Positions 24,716 to 35,243 of a stretch of DNA of 47,715 bases are shown here, piece after piece. Each line of letters opens with the position of its first letter. The stretch's first letter is position 1. The notes beneath the pieces are model-generated. The model saw only the letters and a list, made by a program, of their open reading frames with translations, searched no databases and had not been told where the DNA came from. The position numbers and the translations under genes are program-made. Source of the stretch: Octopus bimaculoides (taxonomy: Eukaryota); assembly GCF_001194135.2 (NCBI RefSeq), contig NC_068984.1, positions 94,121,387 to 94,169,101 on the forward strand, read 5' to 3'.

Positions 24716-26018
24716 TTTATGCGCACATTCCAAAATTCCAGTGTTATGGACCCAGTAAAAAGGATTTTGCTCCTGAAAAATGGAGCTCATGGAGCTGAAA
24801 AATGTGGGAGTTAAGGCCCCTATTGGTTAATGTCAACCAGAGAAGTTGAATTGTTGGGAATGTTTTTAACTTGGGTTTAATATGTACTGTTTGAATTTCT
24901 TTGAAATAGGAAATATATGTATGTTCACTGGGTTTGTAAAAGGGAGCAAAGCTACAGGAAACCAAAAGACGAATGATCATGATAATCAGTCAGCTACCCT
25001 AGCCTAGTTGTTACTACTCCCCAATGTAGGATTCCTCACCAATACAGGTGACAGGCACAGCTGTAAGATGCATTACGGATCTATAGCAATTGGAAGGGCA
25101 TGACCCAATTGAAATAACGTGTGACATCTGGAGTAAAGGGAAATGAAAGTGTTGCCTCTGGAGTTTGCGAATGACCACTATACCGATAGGTAACTGGGCA
25201 GAAAAAATTTACAATCAAATAAATGTCTCAGAACAACCAGTCACTCATCTGGGAAGGCCTTTAAATCAATGTTACCAAGTGGGGACTAGGTGTGACCCAT
25301 TGATAATAAAATGACTCAAAGGAGGTCTGCAACGAAATAATTTTACTCAACACTTTGCAAGTGAATCAGTGGAGGCAAAGTGGCGTCTCATTTACTTGAC
25401 AATTTATGCACCACATTGCAGAAATCACAATGTAACTATATCTGAAAGGATAGTCTTACACTGTTGTATTAGAAATAATGCTCATCTGTTATGTTCGGGT
25501 GACCCTATAGCTTCCAATAGTACAACTGTATTCGTCTTTACTAAGAAAAATGACTAAATTGTGGGTGTGAAGTCTCCATGAAAGGGTCTTTGTAACTTCT
25601 AAGAAGAAGAAATTTTAGACATATTTATTTGTGTGTAATATGTATGGTTAAAATTTCATCAACATCAAAAATACATGAATTTTCATGGGGGTTGTGTCCG
25701 TTATGCATAGAATATAATTTCCAAATTTCATAAAGATCCATTCAGTACTTTTGACGTAGTTTTGTATAAAAAAACAAATGACTAATGTGTGTATGTGTGT
25801 GTGTGTGTGCATGTGTATGTGTGTGTGTATGGGTATATATGTATAGATATCTGTATGCATGTATATATGTGTACATATTACATATACATCTATATATATA
25901 CATCTACACATATGTATACATATACATGTATACATATAGATGTATATCTATACATATACGTGTACCTATACATCTATATGTATACATGTATACATGTCTC
26001 TCTCTCTCTCTCTCTCTC

Positions 26019-26067
<49 letters not shown>

Positions 26068-26455
26068 TTGTATATATATACATGTATATGGATACATTTG
26101 TGCAGATATATATATGCATGTATGTATATATGTGAGAGTATAGTTTCACTGTAGTAGATTCAGTATGAAAATGAAATTACCGTATCAAAATGTGATTGCT
26201 TCAGTTTTGACACTGAAATAGTGGAAAAGTTTCATTTTTAAAGTGAAAGTATTTGACATGAGTGTTTTTGTTTCACTTTTGACATGTAATACTTCACTTC
26301 AATAGCAGAGGATATATTATGTTGCTGTGGGCTTGAACTATGCAAGAAGTTTAAAAAATTTTTTGACTAAAACACAACCAGGACCATAAGTAAGGCATGT
26401 GTAAAATTTGAATGAAATTGGTTGTGTAGTTCTTGAGTTTTAGGGAAGCACACAG

Positions 26456-26487
<32 letters not shown>

Positions 26488-26491
26488 TCTC

Positions 26492-26562
<71 letters not shown>
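24716..26562 (+). mobile_element. Second, 5'-truncated Helentron/HINE-like copy (24716-24895 + 26125-26562), split by ~1.2 kb of other sequence
   Basis: 24716-24895 matches 21912-22090. 26125-26170 matches 22105-22150. The 3' end carries (CA)n and (TA)n expansions. Confidence 0.55.
25786..26125. repeat. Long compound microsatellite / low-complexity tract ((TG)n, (TATG)n, (TC)n, (TA)n)
   Basis: Directly visible; the ORFs called here are artefacts. Confidence 0.9.
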
Positions 26563-26565
<3 letters not shown>

Positions 26566-27759
26566 CCAAAATATCTATAATAATCACAAAAATAATAACA
26601 ATAACAATAATAGTAATAATAATAAAAATAGTATGAAGAATAGTAAGATTCATAATAATTAATAACAGCATTAGCTATGATAATAATACTGATAATGGGA
26701 ATGGTAATAATACTAAGAAAAATAATAACAATAAAAATGAAAATAATACATCTAACAGAACCAATAAAGTCCCTGTTAGTAATTATAATACCAAGGTTAA
26801 ATATAATAAATAAATTGAATAAGAACCTTACCAAAGCTGATAGCAATTGTAATAAAAATAACAATAGAATGAAGAATAATAGTTAATAACCATAAATTTA
26901 CAATCTACAACAATACTGAGGGCAGTTTTTACACCAAAAAAAAAAGAAACATATAAAAAATAACAAGTGGGATAAGGATAATAGCTGGTTTATAATCCCC
27001 TTTGTGATAAAAACTAAAAACCAATATAGTTAAATTTATAATGAAGCTTATAAATAAGCACTTCAATATGAATATGAAATACTCAGAAATATTTAGCAAT
27101 AAAATTAGAGTAGGCTATAGCCTAACTAGCTACCTAGCTACTATTATAGCCTCTATCAACAATAAAAAGCTAGATCCCTTCTATGAAACTAGGAAGAATA
27201 ACAATAAAAATCACAACAACCAACTGAAATGATATAATAAGTGGTCTCCCAAACAACTCGCCTTCTAAAAATTTGGACAACCGCCTTATAAATGATAACC
27301 TTTTTCACTATATCATAGGCACAGATGATCTTACTAATCTGTGGTTGCAGAGATAAAAATACTTGTAAATTCTTGAATAAATGTAAAACTAAAAATGTAA
27401 TCTACTAATGTGATGTATTCTCTAATAATTACAAGAAAAGTTATATAGGAGCAACTAAAAATGAAATGAGACTTAGATATAATTCCCATCTCTCAAGTTT
27501 CAGAAATAGAAATAAGGCTAACTCTACCAGATTAAGTAGTTACATATCGGAACTTAAAGATAATAACATTAATTATAGATTAGAATGGCGTATCCTAGCC
27601 AAAACATCTTCATATAACCTTCAAAATAATTGCTGTAATTTATGCATAACTGAGAAATTCTTCATTTTAATGGCCAAACCAGGATTACTTAATAAACAAG
27701 GTGAGAAAAATACAACATGCTTACATAAAGATAAATTCTTATTCTCTAAATACCGCTAA
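26563..27759 (+). pseudogene. Penelope-like ORF C-terminal part: AAT-rich linker, Cys motif and GIY-YIG endonuclease
   Basis: KLINKHF...KIRVGYS, then ICGCRDKNTCKFLNKCKTKNVIY*...SYIGATKNEMRLRYNSHLSSF...LSSYISELK...CCNLCITEK...CLHKDKF. The 27337 frame continues into ORF 27466-27759. Confidence 0.88.
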
Positions 27760-28201
27760 TACCTAGACCTGTCTAACATCTGATTACCTCTCCTTACCAC
27801 AGAGCATGATTTAACATCACATCACAATTAAATTAAATTACCCCGAATAACTGAATTATTTATCGTAAATGTACACAGTACACATGGTGCTGTAATTCTC
27901 TTTAATATATTCACATTAAAGTTAGATCACTGACTAACATACTAATTGCTAGGGCTGCCACTGACATAAACACAATTAAACAAGCGATTTAGCCTATTCA
28001 AGCCGACTGTATTGGTTTTTAATTATATTAATGAGTAGATAGTTCAAGCCACACATAACAACATCTTTATCTAAATTCAGGTGAATATACTTCAAGCCAC
28101 ACATAACAACATCTTTATATAAATTCAGGTGAATATGGTACCTAGAGGCACCAGAATTTAGTAGGGTATTATCCATACAATTTCAAAATAAGGTGATTAA
28201 A

Positions 28202-28606
28202 ATCAAAATAAGTAACAAGGATATCCAGAGGTAATGCAGTACGATCGTTTTACGCAACTCCATTTAATTGATCAATGCAACCATTACATCAATTTAAATG
28301 CAGAGCAATCCTCAGCTGCATAAAGACATAGAATTTAATTAAATTAAAACAGATGGATACATTAGTATAATTTTACCTAAAATCTCCAAGAAAGTAAGAA
28401 GATAAAGAACATGCTGCCTTCACTTCAGCTTAGAAGCTACTAAGGTATCAGGAAGAAAGACTTGTTACAAATTTTGCTTGTCACTGTTTTATGGGTCAGT
28501 TTTAATTTATAGACTAGTTTTATTAAATCTTTGTATATCTAAGGCCGAGAGAACAAGGGGCAGTGCCTGTTAGGAATAGGGCTGAGGGAGTTGACAGAAA
28601 TCATAG
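28202..28606. repeat. Left arm of a 405-bp inverted repeat
   Basis: Reverse complement of 29799-30203, with roughly 6-8 mismatches by eye. Confidence 0.95.
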
Positions 28607-29798
28607 AGTCTTTTCCTCCCTCTATTGTGGTAAAATTTGGTATATACTCAAAAGTATTCAAAGAAGTTTTATCCTTTTGTTATAATATCATTCTTAATAA
28701 TCTTCTTGACTTCCCTAAATTTTAACTTTATACAATATGGCAATATTGTTTGAAATGATCTTTAGAAATAACTTGATTTATCCCTTTCTTAAAGTGCTCT
28801 ACCCACCTGATCTTAGTATTTATAAGGGCCTTTATATAAGTAACCCTTCTAATTAAGTACCCCTAAGAAACTGTAAATATCATGTATGGAATAACAATAA
28901 TAATTTCTAAAACCTATAATATAACCCATAGTTTTAAAAAATTAGTTTAAAATTAGAATGTCTTATAACATCAATATCCCTTTAGCTAATACCAGATATC
29001 AGTCTTTATTGATACTAGCTAAATAAGTGAATATATAATTTTTAGGTTAGTATACTTTGAATTATTATACATTTTCTATAAATCTTCTCTATTGATGTTA
29101 ATAAGGTATATATACTTTATCATGTTTTTAGTGATTAAGCTATTTTATTCCTTTTCTATGGTGTTCTGCCCTACCTGATTATTTATTATTTTTTTATTAT
29201 TTTATAATAGCCTTTATTTATTTATAAAATAAATCTAATTTTTGTAACTCTATAAATTCATACTTAGCTTATATAAAACAATACTGGTATATTCACTACT
29301 TAAAATAAACTGCTTAGATTATAATTTAATTAATATATAGTGAGCATGTTCTTTTACCTCAGTACTCTTTTATTAAATACCAGTATATACCAATTGATCT
29401 ATATTCACAGATACCATCTCATAAGTTAGTATTTAAGTGTATAATATGTATAAATATTAAACTATTTCTAGATAATTTCTTTTCCTCCCTCTATTGTGGT
29501 AATAGTTTAGCATATACTCAAAAGTATTAAAAAAAAAAACTTTTCATCCTTTTGTTATAATATTCTTCTTAATAATCTTCTGAATAACCCGAAACTTTAA
29601 CTTTATGCAATATAGCAATATTGTTTGAAATATTTAACTATAGTACTACTTGATAGGATTTCCCCTGTTTCATTATCAATGGTCTGCTAGTGGCTGGCCC
29701 CCTTAATTGTCAGCTAACATCTTCATTTAAGTTTTCCTTTACCAAATCTCATGATATTACTTCTAATAAATCTTGATAGTTTTTTATGACTATAACGA

Positions 29799-30203
29799 CT
29801 ATGATTTCTGTCAACTCCCTCAGCCCTATTCCTAACAGACACTGCCCCTTGTTCTCTCGGCCTTAGAAATACAAAGATTTAATAAAACTAGTCTATAAAT
29901 TAAAACTGACCCATAAAACAGTGACAAGCAAAATTTGTAACAAGTCTTTCTTCCTGATACCTTAGTAGCTTCTAAGCTGAAGTGAAGGCAGCATGTTCTT
30001 TATCTTCTTACTTTCTTGGAGATTTTAGGTAAAATTATACTAATGTATCCATCTGTTTTAATTTAATTAAATTCTATGTCTTTATGCAGCTGAGGATTGC
30101 TCTGCATTTAAATTGATGTAATGGTTGCATTGTTCAATTAAATGGAGTTGCATAAAACGATCGTACTGCATTACCTCTGGATATCATTGTTGTTTATTTT
30201 GAT
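29799..30203. repeat. Right arm of a 405-bp inverted repeat
   Basis: Reverse complement of 28202-28606. Confidence 0.95.
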
Positions 30204-30601
30204 CTTTATTTATCTATATATTTATTATACGTTTTATGCAACCCAAATTTATACCATATATTGTACTTTGTAATCATACGTACTTACTAGCCGTCTCAAA
30301 CAGCATTATTTATTACAATCAATGACACCAGATATTACTACCAGGTATAACCTTAAAGAACACAAAAAAATGTAAGCCTAAAGACTTAACAAACTTTTTT
30401 CCTTTTTCTCCTGTCTATATTCCTCTGATAGACTCTAAATCATTCTGACGATGTTTGTTAAATGGAACGAGATAAATTCAAATTTACTTCAAAAATTACA
30501 AACTGAAACAACTGTAAATGTTTTTTAACCACAATTAAACTATGACCTTTTAATACCAATGATCAACTTCTAATTGTTAATTGTTTCTTTACCTATCTGA
30601 A
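30204..30601 (+). mobile_element. Distal 3' end (pseudo-LTR region) of the Penelope-like element
   Basis: Matches the reverse complement of 20371-20900 at ~90% with indels. Confidence 0.8.
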
Positions 30602-30764
30602 TATATAAAACTATGGTTTACCATTTAAATTACCAACTATTGTTAACCTTATAGTAAGGCCTATACATAGTGAGGTAATACACCAGTAGTGCCTACGGAT
30701 ATATTTATCCCTTAGATGGTTGCATAACCTCTAACACATAATTTTTTATATATATATATATGTA

Positions 30765-30795
<31 letters not shown>

Positions 30796-31155
30796 TCCTA
30801 TAATGTAAAGACATTAGTTAAAGAGTAAATAGTTTTATCCCTTAACAAATGTTCAGCTGAATCAGTTAATGTAGATGTAAATAATGATACATTCAATAAT
30901 GACTGATATATAGAAATATGCAAGACATGGCTGAAAAAAGTGCAAGCTCTGTAAAAGTATCTTATCAATTTCTATGCTGAGTTTAAGACCTCTTGTTTCA
31001 GAAAAGATTAGAAACCTTTCCCCAATTCTGCTTCAGTCACAGTCTTCAAATGTCTCAAATTTTGAGTTTTGACCAAATACACCCTTTAGGTGAATACCCT
31101 ATAGGACAAGAAATATTCAAAAAAAAAAAAAAAAGGAGAACAATTTGTTAAGCTT

Positions 31156-31193
31156 ATGTTATACTAGGGATGTCTCCATCCCTAGTATAACAT
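31156..31193. repeat. Perfect 17-bp inverted repeat with a 4-nt loop
   Basis: ATGTTATACTAGGGATG-TCTC-CATCCCTAGTATAACAT. Confidence 0.95.
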
Positions 31194-31689
31194 CTTTATT
31201 AGTACCAGGGATCAATTGCAAGTCCATAAGAACTTGTGAGGGCACATTGGTAATGAGAAAAATAATGAATCTCTAAATTTGAAAATTCGTATGTACGTAA
31301 TTTATATCAAACTACTATCGTGATATTAAAGTTTAAACAATTTGCTTTATCATATGGATTTTTAAAGACAATGGTTGGTTGCAGAAATTTTGCATGCAGG
31401 CAAAAGGTTCACCAGCTACGATTAAATTAATAAAAAATTTAACTTGTTTAATATATTGTTTTACTCAAACTTAATAAAAATTAAGTTCTATATTGATTAA
31501 GATGCCACTTCAAGTTTCAAAGTCATTTTCAGTTTTATCATAGTTTTATCATAATCATTATTTCAGTTTTATCATTATTTTTTAAAGTTTACTATCTGCA
31601 TTGTTTATTTTGCTAATCTTTTTAGTTTAATCTTATGCAAAAAAACTACATGACAAAAAAATAAATTACTGTCCATCCATCTTTTTCAC

Positions 31690-34330
31690 CAACTATTCCT
31701 GGGAGGATCCTTGGGCACCTTCTCCATAGGCTCCTATCAAAACAACTATCAGCTGGATTCTCAGGAGTGATTATGAATATTATCCAACAAGCTCATTTTA
31801 GTCTACATATAGGTCTCCTGCCAGTTGGGTTTGCTTGAGGAGTCCATAGTAGCAAAGATGTGACTTCTAAATGTGGAGTAGTGGCTCAACCTGGAGATAC
31901 TCCCTGATCTCCAAGCTACACAGCCTCCTTTGGAGGAACCCTACTTTAGTCAATTGTATTTGCAATTGTACGCTTTTGATTATTACCCAACATTCATAAC
32001 CATCAGTGAGGATAGGCATGAAAACTGAATTGAAGGTAGTACATTTGGCTTCTTTTACCAACATATCCTCTTCTAAGGATCAAATGCTGGATCTGGCACA
32101 TTATTGTGCCAGTACCTAACATTCTAGCATGCAATTCTACTTTCTGCCTTCCATCACTCATGAATACTTAAACCACTCCATTTGTTTCAGTGGTGTTCCA
32201 CTAACATGCAAAGTACACTGGAAAGACTTTTTTGAGAGTACCTCTGCTGCAGTCTTAGCAACACTAATTCTCATTTCTGAACAGCACTTGGCAGCAAAAC
32301 TATTCAGTGTAGGATGGAAATCATTTTCTAGTGAGCTAAGTAGCACCATGTTATCAGCAAATATTGGCTGACCAATCTTACACACATTGATTGTAATACC
32401 ACTTTCACAATCGCTGCATATACCAATCTAGTTCATAAAAATTATAAAAAGGTAACTTGACAACACCCAGACTGAAAGGTTTCAACTTCAAACCATTTAC
32501 CCAAACACAAACATTTGGGCATTCATTCATATAGGGACTTCATGGTAACTAAAAGTTGCCCATTAATCCAAAACCTCAATATGTTCTGCAGCATGTGGTC
32601 ACATACCTTTTCAAGGAACTACAAAGCAAGCGCATACCTCTTAGCAATATTCCTACAATTTCTCAAAAGATCTGCTACAGAGTGAATATCTTGTTAGTTA
32701 GTTGTATCCATGACAGAAGTCACACTGTTCCTCAGCCAGCTTAGACCCAACATATTCCCTAATCTCTTTTCCAAAACCTAGCATAAAGTTTACCAGGAAG
32801 GCTCAACAAGGGAATTCTTCTATATGAAGAACACTCTCTCTTGTTTCCCTTTTTAAAAACTGGGATTATCACCCCAGATTACCATTGCTTTGATGCCTTT
32901 CCAGAGGTCCAAGCCACCTGGCATACACATGTCAGCCAGAGAATATCTTTTCTGTTTAAAGCTTTTAACAACTTAATGTTAATTTCATCCCCTCCAGCAA
33001 CCTTGCTACATTTGAGTGCTTTAATCATCTCTATGGCTTCAGCTTATGTGAGGTTAGTCTTCACCCCTAAATGACCCTTGTGTTCACCAGAAGATTTTAA
33101 TGTGACCAGATTTAGGAGATGGGCAAAGTATTCTCTCCAACTCTCAATGATCTCCCTTGTGGAAAGAAGAACCCCAGCTGAGTTCTTAATGACAAGTGTA
33201 GAAGAAAACTTCCTGTTCAATCTAAGGTCAAAGTCCAGCTTAACTCCTAAATTCTGCTATAACTCAGCTTTGGATGTTTTTACTGTCTCTGCTGCAACTT
33301 TTCATATGTTAATGTACCAACTATGCAAAAAAGAAGACTTGTTTCCTAGTCAAGCTTTGTAAGCCTCCTTACCACGATGGCAGTTTTAACTTTCTGGTTA
33401 AACCAGAGGTTTCTTTTACCACCTCATGCTAGACTGAGCCATTTTCATTCACAACATTGTACAGCTGTAGAAGAAATTGCTGAACAAAACAATCTTCATT
33501 CTATTTCAACATCTTCGTTTTGTTCAGGAAAGTCTCTGAATTTGGATGTTATAGTGTCTCCATACTTGTTTCTGACACCACCATCCACTAGGACTTCCTA
33601 CTTTATTCTGTGAGTTTCACTGGACTTACTCTGCTGTAGACAATCTCAGGTTGCAGACAACTAGGTGATAATCAGTTAATAACTCAGCCCCTCTCTTTAT
33701 ACGAATATTCAGCACAGAATCAAAGATGATAACAAACTCTATCAGTGACTTCTGTCCCAAGAATCCATAGACTATTTATGGATATCCCTGTGCTATAAGA
33801 ATGTGTTCATAACAGAGAGCTCATTTCCAGCATAGAAGTCAAACAAGGCTTCTCCATTTGCATTGAATTCAGAGTGGCCATTCCTTTCAATTACTCCTTT
33901 CCATATCCAGTGATTTATTCCAACATGTGCAGTGAAATCTCTTTGTAGGACAAAATGACTCAATCTTAATCACATCTAATGCTGCAGTGGCTTTGTCAAG
34001 GAATGATTTATATTTGGCTTCACTGTTTGGTGCACATACTTATGAGAATCACAGTAGTCTTTCCTTTAGCCTAAGTTCCAAGAGGCAAACTCTCCCATTT
34101 AGTGAGATCCACTCCATAGCACCAATCTGACAGCTGGAGGCTTGTGAGTATCCCTATTCCCACTTGTGCAGACAGCTAGAATCACTCTTGAATAGTGGAG
34201 TTTCCACTCTCCATTCAGAGTTGTAGAACTTCATAGAAGAAACACCTATTATATGTAACCACAAGCAATTGGTCCCCTTCATTAGATCCTGCTCTTTACC
34301 AGTTTGGGTTGTGACATTTCAATTCTGAAT
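31690..34330 (-). mobile_element. Heavily degraded RTE-clade LINE, family B (Rex3/Expander-like ORF2)
   Basis: APE RDFTAHVG..GVIERNG..NANGEALFDF..ELSVMNTF. RT VIIPVFKKGNKRECSSYRRIPLLSLPGKLY, PIFADNMVLL, LKQMEWFKY and FNSVFMPILT. Boundaries approximate. Confidence 0.8.
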
Positions 34331-34589
34331 CATTTATGGCTGTTCCCTCTTAGACCCACTTTGGGGTTCTGAGACATACATCCTTCATACTTCCACACTT
34401 CTCAGAACAAGCTGCAGGCTTGATACTGGTTGTACCAGTAGAGGCTACAATATGTTTCTTGAATAGACTGCAAACTAAGATCCAAATATGTTACTTGTTA
34501 CCTGGTGCAATGGACAATTTAGTTTAGTTGTTTTGTTTAACTCCTTTTACATTGTGGTATTTGGTGGTCTTATTCACACCAGGCATCAA

Positions 34590-34830
34590 GCTGGTATTTC
34601 TAATTGATCTGCAAACTAAATTAGATGCTGAATTAGAATAGTAGACATTGGCACAGTAATACATCATCTTCAGCATTCAATCCTCAAAAGAGGAGCAGTT
34701 GATAAAAAAGCCAAATGTGCTATCTTCAATTCAGTTGTCGTATCAATCCTCACCTATGTTGGGTAATAATTGAAAGAGTATGTTCACAAATACAAGTGAC
34801 TGAAATGGGGTTCCTCCAAAGGATCTCTAA
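34590..34830 (+). mobile_element. Short plus-strand fragment of RTE family B
   Basis: Homologous to the reverse complement of 31920-32130 (KKAKCAIFNSVV..QIQVTEMGFLQRI). Confidence 0.65.
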
Positions 34831-35243
34831 ATTAACATTGTATATTAACTAACGCATACAATTCTCAACCGATTTTCACCAAACTTTACACATTACTTAT
34901 GTCCCAAGGATGGTCATGCACAATGACATTTTGCCCAGAGCTCCCACGGAATTGGACAAACCAGGAAAAATGATAGTTTACATGGGTTTTCCTCTAATTC
35001 ACTGTATGTACATAGTTTTTTGTATGTCTTCCATACTTTTTTAATTTATATGGTCATATATTGGCATTAGAGAATATTTTTTAGTAGTTTTCACATTTAT
35101 TTGTTTTATTATTTATTTATATGTTGTAATTGTGTATTATTACTTGGTCAGAGAATATTATAAAAGTGAATGGATTTTGTTTATTTATTTATTTCAATTG
35201 TCCACCTGCAATGGTGATTAAATAGACTAGGAACACTGTACAC

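Noticed and set aside
25648-26886. Ile/Tyr/Cys/Val-rich ORFs
   Set aside because: Translations of microsatellites and AAT repeats.
27337-27470. Selenocysteine recoding in the Penelope (Naiad-like) Cys motif
   Set aside because: The Cys positions are TGT/TGC, and the in-frame stop in NVIY* is TAA, not TGA. No evidence for Sec here.
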